From the NCBI GenBank assembly GCA_964016885.1, contig OZ024741.1:124868001-124932000 (forward strand): a stretch of 64,000 nt of DNA, written 5' to 3'. Position numbers and translations under genes: made by a program. Positions 14,207-27,803 of the stretch are shown piece by piece. Origin of the DNA: Eledone cirrhosa (taxonomy: Eukaryota). The notes beneath the pieces are model-generated. The model worked only from the letters and a program-made list of their open reading frames with translations, searched no databases and was not told the origin of the DNA. Within the stretch, counting starts at the first letter, position 1, and the number at the start of each line of letters is the position of its first letter.

Positions 14207-16868
14207 CTACTGTCCATATATCTTGAGGAAGGTCCCGGCCCTGAGGTTCCTGCATGTCCCGAAGAAGTCGGTTCTGTGGTTTATCATGCGGCTTCCACCT
14301 CTTAGTATCTCACGGGTCTCGTTCAGACATAGTTTGCATATGCCAGATCCCCCTTTATCGGGTGGTACTTTCCTGATTATGGACCAGGCCAGAGAGTACG
14401 GGGTCCTGTCCAGCTTAAGCTTCCAGATCAGGTTGGAGAGAGTCGTACTTTTCCTTTTGGCCTCCTTATTGAAGGAATGGCGATGGTTATACCAACGGTC
14501 TTTAAAGTCCGTTGATGTGGCTCCTATGTAGAGGTGTTCGGAGTTGGTGGTTTTAACCCTACAACCATATACTAGGTTCTTCTTAAGGCATTCATTACTA
14601 AAGGGGCATGATTCGAGGTTTCTGCAGTTGCGGAGGGTAGTCGATCTCTACGTGCCTAGGGTGGGGTTCCCGTTAAGTGTTACATGGCGGTCTTCGCCCG
14701 GGCACGGTGGAGGGGGAGGGTTCCCGGGTCTGTTTGGGTTTATTGGGTGGGCACTGGGTCCCCCCCTTCTCTCCTTCCACATGGTTCTGCTGCGTGCTTT
14801 TATTGCCATCTTCTGGTTCTGTATGGTTTTTAAGCCTACTCCTATTGATGCTAGCTATGTGTTGGGCCAGATTTCTCGTGGTGGAATACGAGAGCTTCAC
14901 AGTGTGTCTGTTGAAGATATTGTGGTATCTATGGTCCCTCGGGAAGCATTTATCAAGTGCTCCAAAGAATGATCGGGCCAAGCTGTTCTTTAGGGCCGCT
15001 GAGTAGGGTGGGTTGTACCACGTGATTTTTCTGCGTCTCCTCCTATATGGGTTGGTTGGGGGCGTCGTGAGTTGATGGAGATATGTTGGCTTGCTGGTGG
15101 TTCCCCCATTGCTGCTTCTCCTTTGGGCGCTATGCGTTTTGCTATTTTCACGGCCCTAACTATGGGGTGGTCGTTGCCCGCGCTGGAAGATCTATCGTTG
15201 GGTGGTCCCCCACATGCCCTGGGGTTGGGGTCGTTGTGCCCGGGGTGGTTAGCATCACCCCTGAGACTGCTACTCATATTGGGTTTCATCTCATGGTTAA
15301 GCGTACTCGTCACCAACGCCCGTGTGGTGGTGTCGGGCTCATGGTGCTCATTCTTTTCTGTTCTGCCTGTATTGTTAGGGTTCGCCCCCTCCCGGACAAC
15401 GCGGATGTGGGTGTCCGTTGGACCATCCCCATCCCGGCGTTTCGGACTATATGTTATATTTTGACCATGTGCCGCCTTATTTAGAGCTGCGTTGTAATAT
15501 TCCGCGTTGTTATAGAAGATTTCCTTACTTGTGGACAGGCTGGAGATCCTGTCCAAGACACTCTTCAGCACGGCCTTGGTTGTGGATCTAGGGTGGTTTG
15601 ACTTGGCGTTAACCTAGACAAGTTTCTCGTTGGGCTTGTGGTAGGGGTAGTATTGTTCGGTGTTCAGGTTTAGGGTGGTGTCTAGGAAGTTAACTACCTT
15701 TCTATTTGGGTCTAGTTCGATACTGAGCCCCTGGTTCTTAAAGAAATGGCGAATACGCCTCCTCATTCCCTCCAACATATTGGTGCTGTGGTAATATACT
15801 GTGAAGAGATACGATATAATCCGCCGCCCAAGCAGGGGATTTCATCTTTTATCTGCATCAGCAGGAAGAGCCCAACCAGATCCGTTACCTGTGCTGAGTC
15901 GCTGGAGCCCATCGTGATGTCAAAGTTATTTGGCCAATCACTCCTGGTCCAAAGGTCTGCATCGAAACGGATTAAGGTCTTTCTTGCGGCGTGGATGATG
16001 CTCACCTCCTCTCGGGTTATGTCCGTATTGGACATCGCTATAAATAGGGCCTTATTGAGAACTATGGGCAAGATTGAGGAGTAGTAGCCTGCGATATCCA
16101 GTTGTATAAAGCTGGTCTTACTTTTCTCATGTAGTATCTTAAACCATTCTATTAGCTCTCCCGTGCAAGACCATTGCTGTAATCTGGTTTTTTGCCGAAG
16201 CTTGGGCAAAATCCTATCTAGTATTCTTTTACTGACGATCCCTAGGTCAGATTTGGAGGGGGCTATTAGTCTGACAGGGAGGTCGGACTCAAAGTTTGGC
16301 TTGTGATCTTTAAGGGTGATCCACGGCTCCCTTTGTTGAAATGGGGCCGTCCAGTCCTCTATGCCGAGTCCAGATATAATCCTGTAAGCTGTGGCATGAT
16401 CTCATCCAGGGTAAATCCAAATGTTTTTTTTGTAGCACTTCCTCAGTTCCCTGAGATTTAGCTTATTATACAGTTCAGTGTTCATGCTGTAGAAGTTGTT
16501 GGTTTTGACAGCATGGACACGTATTCCAGTTGTCTCTTTAAGTACTGTAATCCGGTTTCTCAGGTGTCTGTGGTATTCCTGACTTCTGGTTGTGTTTCTG
16601 GAGAATTTGAGGTTGGATATGATGTTAATCATCTGTTTTCAAACTCCTCCATTAGTCTGTTGTGGGCGGGGGGGAATTCCTCCTTGTCGAAAAAAGTACT
16701 CCATGTTTTGTGTGTTGGTAATTTATTGCGTTCCACTTTCGAAGTGGAAAGCCTTCATCTCATCCTACGGACAAAGGAGTTCGTACTCCTGATGAGATCG
16801 CTGGTGTATTCTCGTTTTTCAGGTAGGGGGATATCCTTCAGTGACGCTAAGGTTGCCAGTTTTTCCAT
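14207..16868 (-). pseudogene. PLE RT + GIY-YIG endonuclease ORF, disrupted by frameshifts and stops
   Basis: ATG at 16868. Motifs: ITLKDHKPNF..PVRLIAPSKSDLG, FIQLDIAGYYSSI, FDITMGSSDSAQV, a damaged GLYR[DD], WYNPP, CNCRN.ESCP...CL, LYIGAT, CKLCLNE. Stop at 14207. Confidence 0.9.
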
Positions 16869-16949
16869 AGTGACTTAAGTCCGCTACTGTTTGAAGCGCT
16901 CAACCCGTGGGGGAGCTAGATAAATTTTGAGTATATGTTGGTTGTATAC

Positions 16950-17555
16950 CAACCAACCAGAAGATGGCAATACAAGCACCCAGCAAAACCATGTGGAAGG
17001 AGAGAATGGGGACCCAGTTCCCACCCAAGAAACCCAAACAGACCCGGAGACCCCCACCGTGCCCGGGCGAAGACCGCCATGTAACACTTAACGGGAACCC
17101 CACTCTAGGCACGCAGTGGTTGATCACCCTCTGCAATTGCAGAAACCCCGAATCATGCCCCCTTAGTAATGAATGCCTTAAGAAGAACCTAGTATACGGT
17201 TGTAGGGTTAAAACCCCCAACTCCGAACACCTCTACCTAGGAGCCACATCAACGAGCTTTAAAGACCATTGGTATAACCATCGCCATTCCTTCAATAAGG
17301 AGGCCAAAAGGAAAATACGGCTCTCTCCAACCTGATCTGGAAGCTTAAGCTGGACAGGATCCCGTACTCTCTGGCCTGGTCCATAATCAGGAAAGTACCA
17401 CCCGATAAAGGGGGATCTGGCATATGCAAACTATGTCTGAACGAGACCCTCGAGATACTGAGAGGTGGAAGCCGCATGATAAACCTCAGAACCGACTTCT
17501 TCGGGACATGCAGGCACCTCAGGGCCGGGACCTTCCTCAAGATATATGGACAGTA
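16950..17555 (+). pseudogene. Inverted duplicate of the PLE GIY-YIG region
   Basis: ORF 16964-17335 contains CNCRNPESCPLSNECLKKNLVYGCRV...LYLGATSTSFKDHWYNHRHSF, with a frameshift near 17315. Confidence 0.88.
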
Positions 17556-18036
17556 GCAACACAATAAGATGTGAACTCCCCTCAAGCTATAGGGACTTCT
17601 CCAGAACATGTAGACACCTCTCGGCCAGACCTCCCTCAAGCTATATGGGCAGTAACAACACCATAGGTTGGGAACTCCCCTCAAGCCATAGGGACCAACC
17701 CAGACTGAGCAGACACCATGATAGCCTAGAGATTGATTCTGACACAGCCTTTATAATTTGGCCAACATCTTTATAACACACACAAATTTTATTTTACTTG
17801 ATTTTTCATTTTTGATTTTTCATTATTCATTTGTTATTTGTTTTCTGTTTTCTTCCCTTTATCACCTTATATTTATATTTAAGTTGAGATTGGTTATAAC
17901 ACACACACATTTTATTTGATTATCCTATTTCGTTTTATCAATTTATCCAACATATTTCTGACCTTGAGATTGGTTATAGCACACACACATTTTATGTTAT
18001 TTGAATCTTCATTTTTATTTTTCACTTTTCATTTCC

Positions 18037-18068
<32 letters not shown>

Positions 18069-18862
18069 TCATTTTTCATTACTTTTTCATTAATTTTTCA
18101 TTTATTCTCTATTTATTATTTATTTTCTGTTTTCTTCATTTTATTGCCTTCTGTTCTTCGTATACATGGCAGAACTGCCCCCCCCCGCTCACCACCACGG
18201 GAGATGGTGGCAGGAGGGATAAAGAAACACACACAGATACTTCTAAATGTCAGCAGCAGCAAGACATAGGCTGACCACAACAACAACAACACTACCAAAA
18301 TATGGGTAGATGTCAGATGTACTTAACAATAGCAGACACAAACAATACAGGGAGCCTCACCCCAGAAAGAATTTCTATAGACTTTTGACTGAGGAATGCT
18401 CTCAAAATGACCAATGGGAAGAGTGACCTTACAAATCTTTATAACATTAAGATGGGTATAACACACACACACACATTTTATTTGATTATTTTAGTTCATT
18501 TTGTTCCTTTACCACCTTATTCCTTCTACCACTTTATCATTTTTTTTAGCTGACTCCAACACCAATACCACTACCAACATAAGTATAGAAGTCAGATGTA
18601 CCTAACAATAACAAGAACAACCACTACAGATTGGCTTGCCTCAGAACGAATTTCTATAGACTTTTGACTGAGGAATGTTCTAACAACTGACCAATGAGAG
18701 GAGAAGAGGCCCTTTGACGCTGAAATTCGTTTGTTTAAATTCATATGATTCCAGTTCCTCAGTGAAATAACAACCCAACCAGGAACTGGGCATATCAGAG
18801 TATTGACAAAGTTAAACACCTCAACAACATGTGTACTTGTCTCTACCACACTAATTCGGAAC

Positions 18863-18913
18863 TGCCTGAAGAGGTCACAGCCAAAGAAGGCTGTCACCGA
18901 AATATATATAGCA
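18863..18913 (+). ncRNA. PLE terminal hammerhead (right arm)
   Basis: Reverse complement of 12838-12888. Confidence 0.85.
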
Positions 18914-19112
18914 ATATAGCAGTAATAAACGAAGTTAAATTTTAAACTTTTGACTTATTTATTTTATTTTTATTTTACATTACTCCGGAGTAACCAAACC
19001 AACCTGTACACTTCGTCGAGTGGTCCAATCTGCATACTGAGGTATTGGTATATAACCAACATATACTCAAAATATATATATATATATTTATATATATATA
19101 TATATATATGTA

Positions 19113-19190
<78 letters not shown>

Positions 19191-19292
19191 AATGAAGTAA
19201 TTCCATCGGAAAAGTCCAGGAAAAAAGAGTGCTCTATGTAGGCAACAGAGCTTAATTATTATTATTATGTAATAAACAACATAAGGCAATTA

Positions 19293-19352
19293 TTCCATTT
19301 ACCAGTGGTTTCTTAAAAGCAAAAGGTTTTGCTTTCAATCCTCAGAATGAAA
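19293..19352 (-). ncRNA. Type I hammerhead motif in a ~200-bp island between (TA)n tracts
   Basis: Reads TTCATT-CTGAGGA-TTGAAAGCAAA-acct-TTTGCTTTTAA-GAAACC-act-GGTA-AATGGA. Confidence 0.8.
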
Positions 19353-19390
19353 AATCCTGGTTTGTTTATTGAATATGGATTCTAAAAACA

Positions 19391-19586
<196 letters not shown>

Positions 19587-19615
19587 TATATATATATATT
19601 TTGAGTATATGTTGG

Positions 19616-19659
<44 letters not shown>

Positions 19660-19852
19660 ATATATTTAGAAACACACAGATACATGCGGACACACACATA
19701 TACATGAATGCATCCGCACCCAACTGTGAGTTAAGGGTGCCAACTTCACCGATGTCGCTCAATGAATGACTGGGACAGACCAATACATTTTATTACTAAT
19801 TATATCTAAATGTTATTACTAATTATATCTAAATGTTTCTTCTCTCTTCATA

Positions 19853-20024
<172 letters not shown>

Positions 20025-20044
20025 ATATGTATATATATATATAT

Positions 20045-23000
20045 ATAAAAACAAATAACGAAACGAAATTAAATTTCGTTTCGTTTGTAACTCACATTTG
20101 TATGACTGACGCTCAAACAATTAAGTCAAAGATGTACATCCATATATGTATACTGAAATACTAGTATGTATATGAATACACACACGTATACATATGTAGA
20201 TGTACCAAGTTTTTTTTTTTCACTGATCACTTTACTGTGAGTGGCCAGCTATTCTGTATGTAAACACACAGACAAACCGGTTTTTAGAGTCATACTGGTT
20301 TTTGAGGAAACACCTTTCCTCTATTCTCCAGAAAGCCAGACAAGGAATATTGAACTAGTTTCGTTGTTGTTACAACTCATCAGCAATATTTACCTATCTT
20401 CCGGCCTCTCTAGAGAATCGTAAAAGCACATATCGCTATATGCTTTTTCTATGAAAATTAGTAGTGGGCAGACCAACTTGCATAGAGTGTGAGTAAGTAC
20501 CGGTTCAACGGAGACGATAAAAACAAATAACGAAACGAAATTAAATTTCGTTTCGTTTGTAACTCACTTTTGTATGACTGACGCTCAAACAATTAAGTCA
20601 AAGATGTACATCCATATATGTATACTGAAATACTAGTATGTATATGAATACACACACGTATACATATGTAGATGTACCAAGTTTTTTTTTTTCACTGATC
20701 ACTTTACTGTGAGTGGCCAGCTATTCTGTATGTAAACACACAGACAAACCGGTTTTTAGAGTCATACTGGTTTTTGAGGAAACACCTTTCCTCTATTCTC
20801 CAGAAAGCCAGACAAGGAATATTGAACTAGTTTCGTTGTTGTTACAACTCATCAGCAATATTTACCTATCTTCCGGCCTCTCTAGAGAATCGTAAAAGCA
20901 CATATCGCTATATGCTTTTTCTATGAAAATTAGTAGTGGGCAGACCAACTTGCATAGAGTGTGAGTAAGTACCGGTTCAACGGAGACGATAAAAACAAAT
21001 AACGAAACGAAATTAAATTTCGTTTCGTTTGTAACTCACTTTTGTATGACTGACGCTCAAACAATTAAGTCAAAGATGTACATCCATATATGTATACTGA
21101 AATACTAGTATGTATATGAATACACACACGTATACATATGTAGATGTACCAAGTTTTTTTTTTTCACTGATCACTTTACTGTGAGTGGCCAGCTATTCTG
21201 TATGTAAACACACAGACAAACCGGTTTTTAGAGTCATACTGGTTTTTGAGGAAACACCTTTCCTCTATTCTCCAGAAAGCCAGACAAGGAATATTGAACT
21301 AGTTTCGTTGTTGTTACAACTCATCAGCAATATTTACCTATCTTCCGGCCTCTCTAGAGAATCGTAAAAGCACATATCGCTATATGCTTTTTCTATGAAA
21401 ATTAGTAGTGGGCAGACCAACTTGCATAGAGTGTGAGTAAGTACCGGTTCAACGGAGACGATAAAAACAAATAACGAAACGAAATTAAATTTCGTTTCGT
21501 TTGTAACTCACTTTTGTATGACTGACGCTCAAACAATTAAGTCAAAGATGTACATCCATATATGTATACTGAAATACTAGTATGTATATGAATACACACA
21601 CGTATACATATGTAGATGTACCAAGTTTTTTTTTTTTCACTGATCACTTTACTGTGAGTGGCCAGCTATTCTGTATGTAAACACACAGACAAACCGGTTT
21701 TTAGAGTCATACTGGTTTTTGAGGAAACACCTTTCCTCTATTCTCCAGAAAGCCAGACAAGGAATATTGAACTAGTTTCGTTGTTGTTACAACTCATCAG
21801 CAATATTTACCTATCTTCCGGCCTCTCTAGAGAATCGTAAAAGCACATATCGCTATATGCTTTTTCTATGAAAATTAGTAGTGGGGAGACCAACTTGCAT
21901 AGAGTGTGAGTAAGTACCGGTTCAACGGAGACGATAAAAACAAATAACGAAACGAAATTAAATTTCGTTTCGTTTGTAACTCACTTTTGTATGACTGACG
22001 CTCAAACAATTAAGTCAAAGATGTACATCCATATATGTATACTGAAATACTAGTATGTATATGAATACACACACGTATACATATGTAGATGTACCAAGTT
22101 TTTTTTTTTCACTGATCACTTTACTGTGAGTGGCCAGCTATTCTGTATGTAAACACACAGACAAACCGGTTTTTAGAGTCATACTGGTTTTTGAGGAAAC
22201 ACCTTTCCTCTATTCTCCAGAAAGCCAGACAAGGAATATTGAACTAGTTTCGTTGTTGTTACAACTCATCAGCAATATTTACCTATCTTCCGGCCTCTCT
22301 AGAGAATCGTAAAAGCACATATCGCTATATGCTTTTTCTATGAAAATTAGTAGTGGGCAGACCAACTTGCATAGAGTGTGAGTAAGTACCGGTTCAACGG
22401 AGACGATAAAAACAAATAACGAAACGAAATTAAATTTCGTTTCGTTTGTAACTCACTTTTGTATGACTGACGCTCAAACAATTAAGTCAAAGATGTACAT
22501 CCATATATGTATACTGAAATACTAGTATGTATATGAATACACACACGTATACATATGTAGATGTACCAAGTTTTTTTTTTTTTTTTTTTTTTTTTTTCAC
22601 TGATCACTTTACTGTGAGTGGCCAGCTATTCTGTATGTAAACACACAGACAAACCGGTTTTTAGAGTCATACTGGTTTTTGAGGAAACACCTTTCCTCTA
22701 TTCTCCAGAAAGCCAGACAAGGAATATTGAACTAGTTTCGTTGTTGTTACAACTCATCAGCAATATTTACCTATCTTCCGGCCTCTCTAGAGAATCGTAA
22801 AAGCACATATCGCTATATGCTTTTTCTATGAAAATTAGTAGTGGGCAGACCAACTTGCATAGAGTGTGAGTAAGTACCGGTTCAACGGAGACGATAAAAA
22901 CAAATAACGAAACGAAATTAAATTTCGTTTCGTTTGTAACTCACTTTTGTATGACTGACGCTCAAACAATTAAGTCAAAGATGTACATCCATATATGTAT

Positions 23001-26000
23001 ACTGAAATACTAGTATGTATATGAATACACACACGTATACATATGTAGATGTACCAAGTTTTTTTTTTTTCACTGATCACTTTACTGTGAGTGGCCAGCT
23101 ATTCTGTATGTAAACACACAGACAAACCGGTTTTTAGAGTCATACTGGTTTTTGAGGAAACACCTTTCCTCTATTCTCCAGAAAGCCAGACAAGGAATAT
23201 TGAACTAGTTTCGTTGTTGTTACAACTCATCAGCAATATTTACCTATCTTCCGGCCTCTCTAGAGAATCGTAAAAGCACATATCGCTATATGCTTTTTCT
23301 ATGAAAATTAGTAGTGGGCAGACCAACTTGCATAGAGTGTGAGTAAGTACCGGTTCAACGGAGACGATAAAAACAAATAACGAAACGAAATTAAATTTCG
23401 TTTCGTTTGTAACTCACTTTTGTATGACTGACGCTCAAACAATTAAGTCAAAGATGTACATCCATATATGTATACTGAAATACTAGTATGTATATGAATA
23501 CACACACGTATACATATGTAGATGTACCAAGTTTTTTTTTTTCACTGATCACTTTACTGTGAGTGGCCAGCTATTCTGTATGTAAACACACAGACAAACC
23601 GGTTTTTAGAGTCATACTGGTTTTTGAGGAAACACCTTTCCTCTATTCTCCAGAAAGCCAGACAAGGAATATTGAACTAGTTTCGTTGTTGTTACAACTC
23701 ATCAGCAATATTTACCTATCTTCCGGCCTCTCTAGAGAATCGTAAAAGCACATATCGCTATATGCTTTTTCTATGAAAATTAGTAGTGGGGAGACCAACT
23801 TGCATAGAGTGTGAGTAAGTACCGGTTCAACGGAGACGATAAAAACAAATAACGAAACGAAATTAAATTTCGTTTCGTTTGTAACTCACTTTTGTATGAC
23901 TGACGCTCAAACAATTAAGTCAAAGATGTACATCCATATATGTATACTGAAATACTAGTATGTATATGAATACACACACGTATACATATGTAGATGTACC
24001 AAGTTTTTTTTTTTCACTGATCACTTTACTGTGAGTGGCCAGCTATTCTGTATGTAAACACACAGACAAACCGGTTTTTAGAGTCATACTGGTTTTTGAG
24101 GAAACACCTTTCCTCTATTCTCCAGAAAGCCAGACAAGGAATATTGAACTAGTTTCGTTGTTGTTACAACTCATCAGCAATATTTACCTATCTTCCGGCC
24201 TCTCTAGAGAATCGTAAAAGCACATATCGCTATATGCTTTTTCTATGAAAATTAGTAGTGGGCAGACCAACTTGCATAGAGTGTGAGTAAGTACCGGTTC
24301 AACGGAGACGATAAAAACAAATAACGAAACGAAATTAAATTTCGTTTCGTTTGTAACTCACTTTTGTATGACTGACGCTCAAACAATTAAGTCAAAGATG
24401 TACATCCATATATGTATACTGAAATACTAGTATGTATATGAATACACACACGTATACATATGTAGATGTACCAAGTTTTTTTTTTTCACTGATCACTTTA
24501 CTGTGAGTGGCCAGCTATTCTGTATGTAAACACACAGACAAACCGGTTTTTAGAGTCATACTGGTTTTTGAGGAAACACCTTTCCTCTATTCTCCAGAAA
24601 GCCAGACAAGGAATATTGAACTAGTTTCGTTGTTGTTACAACTCATCAGCAATATTTACCTATCTTCCGGCCTCTCTAGAGAATCGTAAAAGCACATATC
24701 GCTATATGCTTTTTCTATGAAAATTAGTAGTGGGGAGACCAACTTGCATAGAGTGTGAGTAAGTACCGGTTCAACGGAGACGATAAAAACAAATAACGAA
24801 ACGAAATTAAATTTCGTTTCGTTTGTAACTCACTTTTGTATGACTGACGCTCAAACAATTAAGTCAAAGATGTACATCCATATATGTATACTGAAATACT
24901 AGTATGTATATGAATACACACACGTATACATATGTAGATGTACCAAGTTTTTTTTTTTCACTGATCACTTTACTGTGAGTGGCCAGCTATTCTGTATGTA
25001 AACACACAGACAAACCGGTTTTTAGAGTCATACTGGTTTTTGAGGAAACACCTTTCCTCTATTCTCCAGAAAGCCAGACAAGGAATATTGAACTAGTTTC
25101 GTTGTTGTTACAACTCATCAGCAATATTTACCTATCTTCCGGCCTCTCTAGAGAATCGTAAAAGCACATATCGCTATATGCTTTTTCTATGAAAATTAGT
25201 AGTGGGCAGACCAACTTGCATAGAGTGTGAGTAAGTACCGGTTCAACGGAGACGATAAAAACAAATAACGAAACGAAATTAAATTTCGTTTCGTTTGTAA
25301 CTCACTTTTGTATGACTGACGCTCAAACAATTAAGTCAAAGATGTACATCCATATATGTATACTGAAATACTAGTATGTATATGAATACACACACGTATA
25401 CATATGTAGATGTACCAAGTTTTTTTTTTTTTTTTTTTTTTTTTTCACTGATCACTTTACTGTGAGTGGCCAGCTATTCTGTATGTAAACACACAGACAA
25501 ACCGGTTTTTAGAGTCATACTGGTTTTTGAGGAAACACCTTTCCTCTATTCTCCAGAAAGCCAGACAAGGAATATTGAACTAGTTTCGTTGTTGTTACAA
25601 CTCATCAGCAATATTTACCTATCTTCCGGCCTCTCTAGAGAATCGTAAAAGCACATATCGCTATATGCTTTTTCTATGAAAATTAGTAGTGGGCAGACCA
25701 ACTTGCATAGAGTGTGAGTAAGTACCGGTTCAACGGAGACGATAAAAACAAATAACGAAACGAAATTAAATTTCGTTTCGTTTGTAACTCACTTTTGTAT
25801 GACTGACGCTCAAACAATTAAGTCAAAGATGTACATCCATATATGTATACTGAAATACTAGTATGTATATGAATACACACACGTATACATATGTAGATGT
25901 ACCAAGTTTTTTTTTTTTCACTGATCACTTTACTGTGAGTGGCCAGCTATTCTGTATGTAAACACACAGACAAACCGGTTTTTAGAGTCATACTGGTTTT

Positions 26001-27228
26001 TGAGGAAACACCTTTCCTCTATTCTCCAGAAAGCCAGACAAGGAATATTGAACTAGTTTCGTTGTTGTTACAACTCATCAGCAATATTTACCTATCTTCC
26101 GGCCTCTCTAGAGAATCGTAAAAGCACATATCGCTATATGCTTTTTCTATGAAAATTAGTAGTGGGCAGACCAACTTGCATAGAGTGTGAGTAAGTACCG
26201 GTTCAACGGAGACGATAAAAACAAATAACGAAACGAAATTAAATTTCGTTTCGTTTGTAACTCACTTTTGTATGACTGACGCTCAAACAATTAAGTCAAA
26301 GATGTACATCCATATATGTATACTGAAATACTAGTATGTATATGAATACACACACGTATACATATGTAGATGTACCAAGTTTTTTTTTTCACTGATCACT
26401 TTACTGTGAGTGGCCAGCTATTCTGTATGTAAACACACAGACAAACCGGTTTTTAGAGTCATACTGGTTTTTGAGGAAACACCTTTCCTCTATTCTCCAG
26501 AAAGCCAGACAAGGAATATTGAACTAGTTTCGTTGTTGTTACAACTCATCAGCAATATTTACCTATCTTCCGGCCTCTCTAGAGAATCGTAAAAGCACAT
26601 ATCGCTATATGCTTTTTCTATGAAAATTAGTAGTGGGGAGACCAACTTGCATAGAGTGTGAGTAAGTACCGGTTCAACGGAGACGATAAAAACAAATAAC
26701 GAAACGAAATTAAATTTCGTTTCGTTTGTAACTCACTTTTGTATGACTGACGCTCAAACAATTAAGTCAAAGATGTACATCCATATATGTATACTGAAAT
26801 ACTAGTATGTATATGAATACACACACGTATACATATGTAGATGTACCAAGTTTTTTTTTTTCACTGATCACTTTACTGTGAGTGGCCAGCTATTCTGTAT
26901 GTAAACACACAGACAAACCGGTTTTTAGAGTCATACTGGTTTTTGAGGAAACACCTTTCCTCTATTCTCCAGAAAGCCAGACAAGGAATATTGAACTAGT
27001 TTCGTTGTTGTTACAACTCATCAGCAATATTTACCTATCTTCCGGCCTCTCTAGAGAATCGTAAAAGCACATATCGCTATATGCTTTTTCTATGAAAATT
27101 AGTAGTGGGCAGACCAACTTGCATAGAGTGTGAGTAAGTACCGGTTCAACGGAGACGATAAAAACAAATAACGAAACGAAATTAAATTTCGTTTCGTTTG
27201 TAACTCACTTTTGTATGACTGACGCTCA
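20045..27228 (-). repeat. Tandem array of ~15.15 near-identical 472-bp units, each with a hammerhead (non-LTR retrozyme-like)
   Basis: The ORF track gives periods of 471-473 bp, or 487-488 where the T-tract is expanded. Units differ only in T-tract length and one or two SNPs. (TA)n lies at the left end. Confidence 0.97.
20346..20390 (-). ncRNA. Minimal type I hammerhead, first of 15 identical copies (last at 26987-27031)
   Basis: Reads AATATTG-CTGATGA-GTTGT-aaca-ACAAC-GAAAC-ta-GTT-CAATATT, with a 7-bp stem I, 5-bp stem II, palindromic stem III (AACTAGTT) and a GUU triplet. Confidence 0.92.
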
Positions 27229-27398
27229 GTATGACTCTAAAAACCGGTTTGTCTGTGTGTTTACATACAGAATAGCTGGCCACTCACAGTAAAGTGATCA
27301 GTGAAAAAAAAAACTTGGTACATCTACATATGTATACGTGTGTGTATTCATATACATACTAGTATTTCAGTATACATATATGGATGTACATCTTTGAC

Positions 27399-27403
<5 letters not shown>
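27227..27403 (+). repeat. Inverted 175-bp piece of the array unit, terminating the array
   Basis: Reverse complement of the unit segment aattaagtc...agtcatactg (about 20119-20297), followed directly by (TA)n. Confidence 0.95.
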
Positions 27404-27461
<58 letters not shown>

Positions 27462-27500
27462 TACATATATACATATATATATATATACATATATACATAT

Positions 27501-27600
<100 letters not shown>

Positions 27601-27611
27601 GCGTAGCATCA

Positions 27612-27803
27612 ATTGGCACTATCGGTCTATCGGTAGAGGGTCGGGCGCCATGCTTTGCAGCACAGTTACGTCCCTTTACGGACTGACTTCAAATCCCGCC
27701 GAGGTTAACTTTGCCTTTCATCCTTACGGGGTTGATAAAATAAAGTACCAGTAATACACTGGGATAAATGCTGGCCTTGTGCCAAAAGTAGAAACAATTA
27801 TTA
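27612..27803 (+). mobile_element. tRNA-derived SINE with (ATT)n tail
   Basis: Head ttggca.tatcggtagagggtcgg.cgccatgct, B-box-like acttcaaatcc, then body and ATT tail. About 10 copies or fragments occur in the window. Confidence 0.85.

Noticed and set aside
20241-27064. 15 identical 60-aa ORFs as a tandem gene cluster
   Set aside because: They start at GTG, show no recognisable domain and lie antisense to the hammerhead. The identity follows from the repeat.
20045-27228. CRISPR array or tandem snRNA/5S/tRNA gene cluster
   Set aside because: There are no unique spacers or cas genes, the context is eukaryotic, and I recognised no structural RNA gene in the unit.
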